Source of the DNA: the human T2T-CHM13v2.0 reference genome, Homo sapiens
Assembly (NCBI RefSeq): GCF_009914755.1
Contig: NC_060942.1
Strand: one strand, 5' to 3'
DNA length: 64,000 nt
The position numbers were made by a program, and so were the translations under genes. How positions within the stretch are numbered: position 1 is the stretch's first letter; the number at the start of each line of letters is the position of its first letter. This document shows, piece after piece, positions 1 to 14,748 of this stretch. The notes under the pieces were generated by a model, which was given only the letters and a program-made list of their open reading frames with translations, was not told the origin of the DNA and ran no database searches.

Positions 1-529
1 TAAACAATTTTCATCAAACAGCCAAATTGGTAATAAATGTTAATTTTGCCTTTCCTATTTTAAATAGTTACTGTTGTCTGGAACACTGGCCACACTGCTT
101 GCTGTTTTAAGCCTACTAAAACTGGTAAAAGCCAACTACTGAGTAATGGCATAGTATTCTGCTTGTTTACAATCAGAAGGTTGTAAGCAGAAATCATAAT
201 CTTTGGAGTTAACAGTCAAATAATGAAGTACATCAAAGATTCACAGAATCTCCTAAACGAACAACATGAAAATTTACAAAGGAAGATGTTACCGGATCAG
301 AAATTAAAATAAGACTGAATGAAATCCTTTAATAAGAAAAATAATCAGTGCAAGAACATTCAACATTCCTGCATATGTTAGACCAAGGCATCTGTCAGTG
401 TGGTCTGAAATCCCAGAAATGTCATCATTTTTTAACTCTAAAAGTCCTCCAAAATAGAGGACTAAGCAGAAAAAATGAAAACAAACTGCAAAACACGTAT
501 CCTATTCCCAAAGAAAAAGAAATAGTGAG

Positions 530-861
<332 letters not shown>

Positions 862-1479
862 TCATTAACATTTAAGCTTTGCAAAATCTGGATACCAAAT
901 CGAATCTGTGGCTATTGCAAGGACGTGTTTTTACCACAGCTTTATCAACATCAAAGTTGGACATAAACTTTGTATCAAAAGATATCCCTCCCACAGAATA
1001 TATTCTGACTATTTGTAAAATGTCCTTCATGCAGGACAGATTACATTCCTTTTGCATTTCTGCTTGTCATGAAAATGAAGTTCAAAGTTAAAATTTTAGA
1101 GTATGCTTCTCAAGATACATTCTGTGCCTCAGAACTCTCTAGGTTAACTGACAGGATCCTCCAGCGCTGAGAGAACCCCAATCAGCTGTTGACCTCCTGG
1201 AACTGTGCAAACACTATATGATTTAATATATATAAGCAAAGTAGTGATGTACACATATAAACGAAAATGGAGATTCATTAACCTCAATGTCTTGATAAAA
1301 ATAATAGGGTATCTGAACTTCAGCAATGGGAAAGGTAGAGTGTTGGGGAGGAACTTAACTAAAGATAGATTAAGACAGCAGAGACCATAGTTGGTGACTC
1401 ATTAGGATACTGAGGCGATGGAGGGCAATGACGCTATTTCTGACTTCAGGACAAAGTACCAACTCCTAACAGTGGCAGT

Positions 1480-2010
1480 GTCGGCTCTTCCTGACCTTGC
1501 CTGCCTGCCTCAACTCCCTCATATTTGATATTCCAGCTATACTAAATTCTCCCTTCCAATACAGTGCTCCTCCAAGCACCCAGGCATTTGTACATTGATT
1601 TTTTTTTTTTTTGCATGAAATACCCTTCTCTAGCTGAAAAACTTCTACTTACCTTTTAAGACCCTAACATGTCCACACAATAACAGTTTTCTATACTCCT
1701 CGCCCCAGCAGTTTAATCCCAGTCATTTATGCAGACAAAGTGTGCTGCTCACTCTTCCACTGTGAGCATGCTTATTTCACATTTGGTTGAACAATCAAAT
1801 TCGTGCTAACTTAGAAAGGGATTTTTCCTCTGGACATTAATAATAACCTCATTCCTCCACACACTAATCAGAGTAGAGCCTACTTTCAACTGTCATTATC
1901 TGCTTATCTTGTTTTACTAATGGGCTGTTGGTTCCTTAAGTCTTCAGGAATGTTTCTCATTTAACTCTGTACCTAGCAACTTAGTAAATCCTCAGCAAAT
2001 ATTTGCTCAA
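1480..2010 (+). mobile_element. L2 3' region fragment
   Basis: C/T-rich degenerate L2-like sequence ending CTCTGTACCTAGCAAC...CTCAGCAAATATTTGCTCAAT, resembling the L2 3' end. Boundaries approximate. Confidence 0.6.
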
Positions 2011-5000
2011 TAAGATAGTAAAATCGTCTAACATTTAGCCATCTAAATTGTCTACAATTCCAACCTATGCTTATCATCATTTCTCAAGATAAAGCTGTGG
2101 TAAAACATAATTCCCCCTCATCATCATCCATGAATGGGATAAGTGTTTTTTCTCATCCTCCCTTCAGATTACAAAAACCCTTGCTCTCTAAACATTTTTT
2201 CTATTGCTTTCTTTAATTTCTCTATTAATTTTTAGGATGTAATACATGCAGAAGGTAATATTTTACAATAGAGCACAGTGTAAAGTTTACATGACTTTCA
2301 ATCCTGTGTGGGTCTTAGTCCTGTCTATAAAGAATCAGAATACATATGCAGCTGTATTTGGGTCTCTCCAATTATTTGTTATTCTATAGCTAAGTGTCTT
2401 CCCTTGATGCAAATTATTCTGCTTTTTAAGAGATCACAGTTTTGTTTCATAATCCCACTGAATGAAATTTTTTTCCTTTGCAGGATAAATTTATTTTAAA
2501 ACAAAACCAAGGCAAAACAAAAATTGATGTTACGGTTAATGGTTTAAGGGGTAAAGATTCTCAATTCCAGTTCTGCTATCAAATCAGAGGCAAGCCAACA
2601 AGCCCCTGAGAAGGGGAGAGCCCTGTTAAGCAGGACACTGTCCTAAAACCACGGAACTGCATCATCACGGTAATGCCCTATGGTGGACACTTTGTTCTAG
2701 CATGTGTAGTGGGTCACTGCTTTTTAAAGGTAAATTCCACCCCCCCTCAGAAAACGTGTCATGTGACCATAGGGACTTAACTGATTTTTTTAGAAATGGC
2801 CCATTATTTTATGAGCAATTTTTTAAAGCAGCAAAATATAATTTTAGCAAGTGGAAACATGAGGCCAGAAAAACACCTTCTTAACATTTAACACATGAAT
2901 TGAAATTCTCCAGAACAGCATTACTAGAGTATGATCCAGAGACCCTGAGGAGCTTTCAGTGACTAATGAGAGGTTCCTCAGGAAGAAGACACAGTGCTGA
3001 TATTCAAAAGAGAAACAGGAATGTGCTGGTAATTAATTTACCTGAAGGTGGAGGAAAGACAAGACCCTGAGGGCAAAGCAAAAACTAAAATGACACTGGC
3101 TTTAAGGGCAAAGAGAGAATTAGCAATAAAGAGGAAGGTCACTACCTGTGAAATCCAACACAAGCCCGAAGCCTCACAGCAATGATCTGAAAACCACGAA
3201 TAACACCAGAATTCAGAAATCTATGTTTTCACTTCCTATTTAATAAGGCAATTTGAAAGAACCTCTATTCCCATTCAAAAAGAAATTAAAATTCCACAGA
3301 AATTATGTTAAAACACAAGTTTACAGTTCCAATGGGTTTCTGCCATAAAGCTGCCTCGCCTTCTAAATTTTGAGGTTGTGAGATGACAGCACCCAAATTT
3401 AATAACTAGGTCTTTCAAAAATTAACAAAGCATAAGACAACAGAAAAAGAAATACTTAAAAAAACCTGGAAACCTTTGATTATCAAAAAATGCTGAAATA
3501 AATTACCATAAATCTTAACAGAGTTTAAATTTATTTTGTTTGTATAATGCTTACAGCTTATTTGTGAAATCATGCTCATGCTAAGATTTAAACAAAAGAC
3601 CAAACTAAGAATTATACAGTAAATTGGGAAAGATGCAATACTCCTTCACTCAATCAGCTAATATTACTGAGCACCGTGGATCCTCAGTAACATTCCACCT
3701 TCACATACAATCTTGTGAACGGCTTGTAATACAAAGAAAAATATTTAACAAAATTGAAAAAGGCCCATGCCTCTGCTTACACCAGATTTCCTGTGATATA
3801 CAGATTTCCTATAAACTTAGCACCTATTAACTACTGGAAAGCATAGTTGTGCCTGAGTCAGCACCTTTCCTTCCATCTTGAAAGTCTTCTCTGCCCAGAA
3901 GCAAGCAGCCCACTGAGCCCCTAGCTATGGGATCAAGAGTAAATGATTAAACTCTCGGTCTTGGCTTCCTCATCTGAGAAGAGGCACCTGTGAGGCTCAA
4001 CCATATGCAAAGGACCTTGCCTGACTTCCTGTACACCACAGGAATTAGTTACACAGAGTCTCATCATTCAAGATCCAGCCCAAGATGTGATGCATTCATC
4101 TAGGTCAGGATAAGCTCTCCTTTTCTGGATTCCTTTAACTCTTAAGAGTTTAGCTTATCACTGCTTTTTGAAATTGTTTACTTATGTTAGTGATTCTCCC
4201 TAGCTGTACTTCATACCATTTAGGGCAGATCCCATCATATACACTGAAGCACTTCCTAAAGCACTAGTCAAAATAACTGACCATTAATTCATTTATCCTT
4301 GAAAGCCTGAGAAAATCCATTTTTAAAAAAACAGACTGATAGCTAGACAGTAAGAGCAACTTTTAGAAAATGTTTTAAAATTATAAGAAATTCCCCTACA
4401 AACAGGCTAATTTAAAAGTCTTTTATAAACTAGCTGTAATATTTTATCTGAAAATATTTAGCAAGTCATGATATTATAAATCTATTTCTTGGACATCCAA
4501 CAAAAGTAAATTTTTGCCATATATAAATCAAATACATAATTACTTGTATTATTCCACTTATGTGTAACAATGCTTGATGGATAAAATACCATCTGGCTTC
4601 AGGACTGTCCATAAGACTTCCCTGAATAATGATGATGTTGCATTTATAAAACTGACCCTTTCTTATGCTGCAGCATTATCATAAGTTGACAATGGTTTAA
4701 CAGTTAGCCCAGAGGCTGCTGAACTTCATATATAAGTTAGCATTAAGGTAATAAAATATATGTGAATAATGCTTATCAAAGGTTACACATTTTAGAACAG
4801 GGTATTTCATCTGATCAAATTATATAACATAAGCCGGCAAGGAAGGAAGGAGTATAGCATTTTCCTCGTCATCTTTTGAATACCATCTTTTTCAGTGTCA
4901 GCTCTTCAAGTCACATAATAAGTCCAAGCTTAAGTTCATAGCCTTGTAAAATCTTGCTATAAACTACTGAGAATCTTTTTGTGAAAAAATGACTGATCTA

Positions 5001-5063
5001 ATATTTTCTTGTTGTAAGGATCACAGTCAATTTAGGATTTCTAAAAAGTGTTTAAATTGACAT

Positions 5064-5341
5064 CAGCCTGTACTCCCACCATTCTGGGAAGCAGAGGCAG
5101 GAGGACTGCTTGAGCCCAGGAGTTAGAGACCGGCCTGGGAAATATATGGAGACTCTTGTCTCTAAAAAAAAAAATTAAACGATTAGCTGAGTGTAGTGGC
5201 TCACACTTACATTCCCAGTTACTCTGGAGGCTGAGGTGGGAGGATCACTTGAGCCCCGGAGACTGAGGCTGCAGTGAGCTATGATCACACAACTGTACTT
5301 CAGCCTGGCCAACACAGCAAGACTCTAAATAAATAAATAAT
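5064..5341 (+). mobile_element. AluJ-type element, 5' end degraded
   Basis: GCCTGTACTCCCACC...TTGAGCCCAGGAG...GAGGCTGCAGTGAGCTATGATCAC (J-type diagnostics), with a (TAAA)n tail. Confidence 0.93.
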
Positions 5342-6409
5342 AGGGAACATAATACTTATAGGCATGGATACATTCCTTCACTAGAGACATCATAACAAAG
5401 ATTGGCCAGCCTAACAAAAATAGGTCAAGTTCTTGAGTATTTTTGCCAATCAGAGATTTTAATAGGTACCCCCCATTCAAAAATTAATTTACATTTTTTT
5501 CCTACAAACTGCTCAAAGATACACAAAGCAATTCTTATCATTTCATTAATCCTATTTTATATTAGATCATAAAATGGTGCATTATACATGTTGTTTTATG
5601 ACCACACAGCTGTTCCTTAAATAGTTGCTGCCTTAATTGAACTTGAGATGTGGTTTCTTGAATATAATGAAAATATACTTTCAAAAAATGCCTTATTTGG
5701 GAGACATGGAAAAAGAAAAGGAAAATGCTGTCAATACCCACAGACAAGAGTTAATATCATCTCTTAAGAAAAGTATTTCAGCACTGGTGGAAGGCTGGAT
5801 TGTACCAACTAGAAGGTTCTTTCCCACCCTCCTGTGACAACAGGGTTAGGGTTTGCTGTTCTTCACAGTCAACGAAAGTAGCAGAGTTTAAAAATACCTT
5901 TTGATTACCCTAAAAGCAAGTAACAGTTGATGCCAACTGAGCAAAAAAGAATGTTGATATTCAATTTCCTGCCTATGGACTTCCTAGGGGAGAGACTTGG
6001 TAAAACATGCTTGTTGCTGTTGATCTGGTTGCAGAGCTATTCTTTCAATTAGCTACTGGAGACACAGATAGTATAATTAAATAACTAAAGATAATACCCC
6101 CCAAGAAACTCATTTTCAGCACCAGACCAAGATTGCAGTAGTGCCTTGCCTGAATTTTGTATTTTATTGTCCCAGTCCACCCTATGCTGAAGATACTAAT
6201 AGACAAATAGCCAAAAATCACTTGGAAAACAGAACTAAGAAGAAAATGAAAGGCTTTGATCCAATAGAAACATGGATAGCTAGACTGATCATAGCACTGT
6301 TGTGCCAGGAAAAACCTGGACCACACTGGACTGAATAGAAAACATCAAGAAAGAAATTGTTTTAAAAATCTTTGAAGTACAATTTAATTAATTATTAAAA
6401 TTTGAAAAA

Positions 6410-6520
6410 GACCTTAGAGATCATTTTATGATTAAGGAAACTAACATCCCAGAGGTACGTGACTTTTCTAAGGTCACAAAGCTAGTTTGCTTTGTGAATA
6501 AGAACTTGCTGAATAAGAAC
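6410..6520 (-). mobile_element. MIR fragment
   Basis: AAGGAAACTAACATCCCAGAGGTACGTGACTTTTCTAAGGTCACAAAGCTAGT matches the MIR core on the reverse strand. Confidence 0.65.
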
Positions 6521-7511
6521 TAGCCTACAGATTTTTCTTATTTATATTCAGGCCAAGATTTAGTACACTAGTTCCCTATACCTTACTTAAGTTTGATGTG
6601 AATATGCTCTTTCGATCATAAAAGGTATGATGGATTTTAAGGTCGATTGAAAATATAAATATACACCCTATAGTTGACTGAATTCATGTTTTTCTGCTGA
6701 GGCAAATGGACATAAGACTAGTTAGCCCCAGGCCAGGGCTGACAATCACTGTTCTAATCCAGTATTTTGAGAAAACACTATGGTGGCTTGTGAGCAACTC
6801 CTCACATTCACATTTTCACATGAGGGTGGGAGGGTAAGTATTTTGGTTTAATGAGTTCTACCTCTCTCTGAGCTCAGTGGACAGCAATTTTGCCGCATTT
6901 AGAGAGCTGTGTCTAACTTGGTTCACATATAATCTGAAGTCTGTCCTGGGTAGCCAGTAAGCAAATCAGCCATGAAGACTTTTGTCTGACAAATTCAAAT
7001 GAACAAACAACAACAATACAACACTTGGTGACAGGAGCTGGCATACATGAATCTGATTTATTTAATTCTCCGTATACCTATTAGCCTCTGAGCTTTTAGA
7101 AATAATCACTCAGGCAGTGCGTATCACTTTTATTTTGCCTGAGAACTCGCAAGCAATACTGAGGAAAAATCCAACAGGGCAGAGCCTCTAAAAATGTCAC
7201 TGAACTCTAACACAGCAGGGAAGGGATTTCCTTATTTCATGTTATTGTTTCTTTGCTATTTTGTTTTTATGAGAATATACAACAGTACAAAATAGTACAA
7301 AATAACAAAAATAGTTAAGAGTCACCACCATTTCAGGAGTTGCTTATTTGTCTTCATCTGTGGTCAAGCTTCTGAAAAATGGCCAGAGAATCTTCCTCTT
7401 TACCTGGTTTCTCCAAGTCACATAGCAGAAGAAAGCCAATTTTAACACTGTTTCAAAGAAAGGGAATAGTACTTGGAAGTAACATGCAGTGCAAAATAAA
7501 AAAAAAAGGAT

Positions 7512-7528
7512 ACACACACACACACACA
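7512..7528. repeat. (AC)n microsatellite
   Basis: ACACACACACACACACA seen directly. Confidence 0.9.
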
Positions 7529-8329
7529 GCATAAAATATCAAAAGTACCAGACTGCTCTTACCAGCTTATGGGCCAGCTAAACAACTGTTTCTTCCACTT
7601 TGACCTGTTCCTTCAACCTCATCCACCCAGCAAAATCCTAAACTTGGGATCAATACAGCAAAGCACGATCTCTCATTCAGATGCAGGAAGCTGAAAACTT
7701 CTGGGGGAAAATTGTGCTGTGCTTCTCCTCCAATCCATGACTTAAATCCTAATCTGGTAACCAGTAACAATGAACTTTTTTAGCTATCCTTGGTACAGCT
7801 CTTTCTCAATTCCCTCAGAGACTATTCTAGATCATCACTAGGCTCTGGACCAACTCACAGGTGATTTATCTCCTGCTCTCCTGAAAAGATGAAGGCCACC
7901 AGCCCTGGTCAAAGCTGAATTCCCCACTCTACTCTTCTATCTAAAATATATTATACGTATAGACAGCCACACCCATCCCTAACTCTGAACTCCTCCTCCT
8001 GTTGGAGACTTACTTCCCAATTGAGTTCTTGACCCTGACTTCCTCTAGAGAGACAGATTATCCTCAGTCCTTTCCTTTTTTCAATTTTTCTCTTTAAGCT
8101 TTCCTTGTACACAGCCATAAACTTAAAAAATGGGTCATTCCTCCCGCCACCGGCCTTATCTTAGTGTTCGCAGCTCTACTTAGCAGTCTCTTTCTCCGTC
8201 TCTTTTCTCTTACACTTCCACAAACACACACTCTCTCTATCTCCTCCAACTCAAATATATTGAGAAAAGACACTTCCCTAGCTAGCAAGCACAGGACCGC
8301 AAGCACTGCATTCTACTTGTTCACCTGCT

Positions 8330-8760
8330 CCTCTGCACACGCGTGATTTTCCACCTCAGTATCCTCATTTCCATCCTGCCCCTCAAATCTTAACTGTCCA
8401 AGGCATCATTCCCATATCATGGCTCGTCTCATTCACCTTGTATGGTTGCAACCACTACCACATAGTATCAACAAACAACTCCCCACTGTTGACTGCTACA
8501 TCTGCACCTTCTAGCCAAGATTCAACCTCCATCTTCAGAAAATCATGTTTAAATACCTACTTTGTACTGACTGACATTGTCATGTCCATAAGCATCTCAA
8601 AGTCACACATCGGATGGAAATCTTCAACTTTGTTCTCAATCTGGTCCCATACTCTATATTCCTATTCTCAACCCTAGAGTCACGGTAATCCTTGAATCCC
8701 TAGTGCAAAACACTGTGTTTGGGACTTAGTAAGTACTTAATGTGCTGAATGAATGAAATG
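8330..8760 (+). mobile_element. L2 fragment(s)
   Basis: Degenerate L2-like sequence ending GTACTTAATGTGCTGAATGAATGAAATGA, the typical L2 tail. Boundaries approximate. Confidence 0.55.
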
Positions 8761-10675
8761 ATTAATTACTTTCAATATTATAATTTCCTACAAAATTAGT
8801 ATTTAGGTCATGTGAACTAATCACATGATAACGCCACAGGACACAGGTTATTAACTACCACTGTACCCATCTTCTCTAAAGGAGAATAAAAATATTATCC
8901 ATCTGGAATCATGCTCACCACTGTATTATAAACTTGTTTTTAAAAGGAATGACATTTAGTGACCAGAATACAAGACCTTTGAGACCATGTTAATTTTCGC
9001 CTAACACAAGGGAGAACGTCAACCTTCTAGCAAGCAGCAACAGTACAGCTAAATTCACTCTGGAACAACCTAGTTTGCAATTGAGAAGTTGATACAATTA
9101 AGAAAATGTGTTTATACTGTTCTAAAGAAGGGATTAACAGGATTATTATACTATTTTATTATCCTAAAGAAGTGGCTTTCCAGTGTTATAACTACCCTAT
9201 AGTCCTTTCCAACATTAGAACTCTATAGTTATTCAGTTATTGTTATGCTTAAACATTTCCTCTACTACTGTATAGTTCCGTAAATCTCTCGGTCAAACTT
9301 TGCTAATTTCCTTTATTTATTAAGCCTTCATTGTTTTTAAGTAAAAGGTCCATTTATTTATCATTCAATCACACTACGGTCTCCCACTGAGAAAGACTGT
9401 GTACCTAACAAAAATCTTCAGAGTGTACTCGGGAAAAGAGACTATTTCCTTCTGTGTGGGTCAGCATCATATCCTGTCAAAAATCAGGACCCTATGAGCT
9501 CTCTGGGGACACTGACCATGGTTCTAAATAATATATGAATCTGGACAATTACAAATGTATGTTTTTGCTTTTTGCTCACACACAAGACACACTAGGGGCT
9601 TGCCTCTAGTTGAATGGCTTCTTGTTTTCACTCAGTTTCAGCCTATGCTCTCATCTCATTAGAATTTCAGTATCCTCTGGTCTTGCAGAGTTCCCTTTAC
9701 CTTCTTTTGTATCAGACAAAAGATGGTAATTTACGTCTAATTAACGGAACTGAGTCATAATGAGTTCTTTTCTCTTAGACAGCATTTGAATGTCCAAAAT
9801 AACCAGAGAGATTGGGCTTTTTAAGTCTTGCTCCAGTTTAAGGTTTTATAACACAATGCTCTCATTCAGGCCTCCTACTTTGCATACAGTCAGAGGGCTG
9901 GAGGTTATCCACATTGTGAAATTCTTTGGCTAGTTATGCCCAGAGTGACTGAATGGCAGGCAGGCTGAATTTAATATTTTCTGCTAAGCAGCTCTGTTGA
10001 GACAGCCAAGCTTACGACTGCATCCTTTTCATGTCTCTTACTTATACTTTGAAATGCTATCTTTTGCCTGTTGATGAATTTGATAGCATTCTTTATGAGA
10101 TCAATTTCCTTGAGAAAGATACAAAAGGCAGGATGAAAGACAAGTTTGATGCAAAACACACAAAGGGCTGTGCATCTGTGTGAAGAGAAGCATGATAAAG
10201 CATAAAGCGGTTCTCCCCACACCATGATGAGGGACAAAGATGTAAACACAATAAGCCCGCCTAAAGAAAGCAAAAGCACATGTTCTAACGGGAGCAGTAA
10301 CCAGGTTAAAATACTTGAAGCATCTTCTTCCTCTCTTATGCCAGAGCATTTTAAAATGCCCTCTATACATGACGGCATGCCAACACAAACAAACTGCAGA
10401 GGCTGAACTCCACTGGCATCGTGCCGTCCTGAAATGACACCAGTTAGATAAACTGGGTTTTTACTCCTGGGACAGTCTTCAACCAAGCTTTTTATTACAT
10501 TGGGTTAAGAAGAAAAAAAAATAACCCTTGTCTCCACACTTCAAAATCCAAATGTGTATTCCTTTGATAGGATATTGTTATATTAAAAATACTGTGGCAA
10601 TATCACTTGTCATCATGTTCTACTGACACACATATTCACCAATGCTCCAAATTTCAGAGGCTCAGCCACTCAAAA

Positions 10676-10712
10676 GAAAAACAAAACAAAACAAAAAAAG
10701 AATGAATGAAAA

Positions 10713-10744
<32 letters not shown>

Positions 10745-10752
10745 CAAAAAAT
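10676..10752. repeat. Imperfect (AAAAC)n / A-rich tract
   Basis: AAAACAAAACAAAAC... in two blocks, seen directly. Confidence 0.9.
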
Positions 10753-12704
10753 AAGGCTGACCAAACTTTCATGATGGGAGCCCTGGGACCAAGAAATTAT
10801 AGCTGTATTATAAAGGACAGGCAAACCACACTACAGATACTCGGTTTTTTACTCTCTCCCGCCTCATTTTTTTCCTCCCCCTCAAAGAGGGAGTGAATGT
10901 GAAATTTACACAGACAAGCTCCTCAATAGATACACTTGATTTGTCAAATGGAAAGATGACCCTTCAGTAACTAGGCTGCTTGGTGAAAATATTAAACCAG
11001 ACAGTAAGTCAGAGAAAATTAAATACTACCTTGATTAATCAGGCTTAATGGGTGAGAAGCAACTAATTTATAACACTACATTGACAAAAACAGGGTAAAG
11101 AAAAAGGAGGCTGTTTCACATCAGATTAAAGTATAATTTCTTTTTCTACTTTTCTTGGGGAAGGAATATATTGATACTCATAAAGTCAACTACATTTTTG
11201 AAGATATAAACAAAAATCACTGTAGACATAGTCTTTGCCCCTTGATACTCAAAATCTAATGTGAGAAATAAAACATACGTAAGCCCTGAACACGCAAATG
11301 AGTTTTAATGTTAATTTATCAATCTGACACTTGAACCATAATTTTTTTCATTCGAATTAAATTGAAAATCATTTGGATGTCTCCAAGTTAGCTCAGATAC
11401 CCTTTCTAAATTAGAGCAGAGTGAATTAACAGCACAAGGAATCTTGCAATCTTGCCTTTCAGCCTCATGTGCTTGAAGGCTTTCAGACCCTGAAGGTGAT
11501 GGGGAGGAAATGTCCTGGGGCCTATGTAAGTCTGTCCGAGAGGCATCTGGTGAGCTAGGCACCTCCCAAAGGAGGTGGACAGAGGAAGAGGGTTTCTAGC
11601 ACAGCACCTGCAGGGGTTTTAAAGGGTTCCTAAGGGGGCGGGCATGTTCCCTGACAGCCACCTTCCCAGCAAGTCAAGTGTTGCTAAACTGGGGGCCTTC
11701 TATGCATAGCAAAAGATAGACACCATACAAAGAAGCCAAAGTGTGAAATGAGTGGAGGCAGATATTGCATATCAGGAGAGAAAATACAAATTCTACGCTG
11801 GGTGTCACAAAAAGACTACAGTGCCAATTCAAGGGGAAACAAATCTGACTTGAAAAAATATTAATATCTAGATTATTACACTTTAGTATAATTTACAAAA
11901 TAGCCACTCTTAAAGAGCTTTGGAAACAAAAGCCTACACACTGTGATTTAGTTTCATTCATTTGCTCTTTCTCATAACTGAATAGAAGTATAACAGAAAA
12001 GAGAGGAGGAACAGAGCTCATCAAGAGTACGTCTCCTTTACATGTCATTCAACTCTAGCACACTGGAAAAGCCTGCTTATAATAAAGAACCAATATACAG
12101 AAACTTCAGAAAAACCTAAATGCCAAACCTAGATCTTTGACTCTCTACCAGATGAGGACACCATCAAATGATAATTTTCTAGAAAAAAGATTTTAGGACC
12201 TCAAATAAAAGAGTGATAAATACAATGAAATTCCTTCTATATAATAACTACAACAGAAAAATCAAACAACAATATTCAGTCACAACTTATAATAACCAAT
12301 CACATATATTTCTTCACATTATAATTATAAAATCTTCACATTTTAATCATTACAGTCAGTAGTGTTTCCTAGAAGGAAATTTTTAAAGGGTTATTATGCC
12401 TTACTATACATACGGGTTATCTAGTTTCCATAATCATTTTTTTAACAAAAAATTGCATATAAATTGATAGTCTGTAAATAGAGTTACATTTTAAGTGTCC
12501 TTGAATTATTTAAGTAATTTAAAGCAATTTCAATTGCAATTTTGTTCAAGTCCAATAATCTTTTCTAAAGCAAATGGTTATATCTAATTTATGCATTTCC
12601 TAATTGGTCCAACCTGTAACTGGTTTTCTTAAAACAAGATTAAAGAAAGTAAGGTTAGCCAAATTCATAATTAGTACTCTTTACCAGGTCTTATTCCAAG
12701 AGAT

Positions 12705-12815
12705 GCATTTAGCAATAAATATTTAATGGACACCTGCTACCCTGGGTATGTGAACAGTGCCAGGAATACAGAGGTAAACAGGACAGAGCCCGATTCCTGT
12801 CCTGATAGAGCTCTC
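12705..12815 (-). mobile_element. L2 3' end fragment
   Basis: CATTTAGCAATAAATATTTAATGGACACCTGCTAC...GGAATACAGAGGTAAACAGGACAGA...CCTGTCCTGATAGAGCTC matches the reverse complement of the L2 terminus. Confidence 0.7.
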
Positions 12816-14748
12816 CACACTTCAGATCCATATTCACCTGACAGAATCTTCCATATCCACGTGAATTATGCTCTTATAAACTGTTTTATTACATCCTTAG
12901 TAAATCTATGAGGTTTCACTGATGAGAAACTAAAGTGTAGTTAGCATAACTACAAAAAATTATTGGATGCCACAGATGTCAAAGAACTTGGAGATCAATT
13001 AGTCTGGTGGTTCCTTTCCTTTCTGAATATAAGTATCAATTTTTAATTTATAAACAAAACAGAATTATACACAAACACAGAGCTATGTGGACCCCACATA
13101 TTAGTAATTGTTCTTTTTTGCATCTGTTGACTAAGACAATGCCTATAAACTACTTTGAATTCACTACGCTTTTAAATACATGTCTATTACAGTAATCTCA
13201 ATAACATCTAAATTAATTTGTCTCACAGTGACAAATGTGTGGCATTGGCTGACGTATGGATTTGTGTATTGGACAATAATTCCAAGGGCCTTTAAAAGGC
13301 AATAAAGGCAAAAATCTCACCCATCTCCTTCATGTCCTCATTGCAGCACAAATGAGGGCCAGAAATGACTGCACTATCTTCCAAGGTCATACCACTGGCT
13401 AGCGAGAACACTGAGGACTACAGCTTCTTCCCCCCAGGCAGCGTCCACAAGCATCTGCTCAGGTGTTACCCATACCCTTCCCTCCACAGATGACAATTCT
13501 CCTTTAGCTACAAAATTCAGAAGTCATCTCTGTGTATGTTTATTAGAGTAGCTTGTACTGTATTCCAGCAAACTGGTGGCAATGCTATAAATGCTCTCCC
13601 TTTCCAACCTTATGGTAGATAAGAACTCAATGAAAGCTAAAATATAACTTCAGGGCAAAAGACAAATTTTCTTTTATTGTACTGAAGAATGTTGTATCCA
13701 TCATAGCCTACAAATACCCAGAAGCCAGTATAATATTTCTAATACAACATGTATCTTACTGGTTTGGGGAAGAAAAAATAATCCTTTTATTCCTTTTCAC
13801 TCTGCCTACAAGTAGAACATTGAGATAATAGAGATTAAGCCTTAAATTTCTATATCCAATAGTGGTTGAATCACAAGAGGACTGAAAAAGCATTTGTCTC
13901 TACAAGATAATACCTAATATGCTAGTCCTCCGGGCAGTTTACATTGATTTTGCATTTAATTGCATAGGCTGATTTTCTCATATTTTCCAGGACAAAGTTG
14001 TCAAAATGAAAGGATCTAGATGTACTCTGCTATGAAGCCAAAAGAAGAAAGTAAACTTAAGAGCACTGGTTTCTGTAATAACTATATGATTGCAAAAAGT
14101 TTTGTTTTGTTTTTTTCCTACTAGAAATTGACACTGGGGATCACAAACCAACTTGAGAGCAAAGGTGATAAAACTGTACTTTCTCCTCAATCCCTCATTT
14201 CCCCCCTCTGTTCTTAAATTACTTTCAGAAATGGGAAGAAAATGAAAACACCCCCTGACACTTAAATACCTTTCACCTACTCTGTAACGAATTGGATTTA
14301 ATTCCCTTTAGTTCAGTTAGCTAGTGGACTTTGTCCTTCAGTCTGTCTGGTAAATATTTCACAATTCTCTCTGTATGTTTTTGTAAAGTAGTGGGAAAAA
14401 AAAACCTTATTCATTTCTCTTACCATCAAAGAAGACAAAGACAATATTTTGATGGGAATAAAGCAGTTAATTCTAAATGATTAACTCAAATTATTTTTTA
14501 GAGTATACGTTTCCTGAAGCTTCACAGAAAATGATACTTTAAAGACAACTTACTGATTTACTATTTGAAGAAGCTACCACTGGAAAATTAATTAAAATAC
14601 CAATGGCTTTGGGACGTTCTCATAGGAGTTATTTGAAAATGACATTAATACAAATTTTGTTTCCAAAGAAAATGGTAAACTTATCTTTTCATTTGATTAA
14701 CTGAGCTATTTTAATCACTGTTTAAGGAACATCCCCCCACCCCACCAC

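Noticed and set aside
7563-7700. Possible - strand cryptic exon ending CTG|GTAAGA
   Set aside because: The acceptor is ambiguous (7690 or 7700) and there is no independent support.
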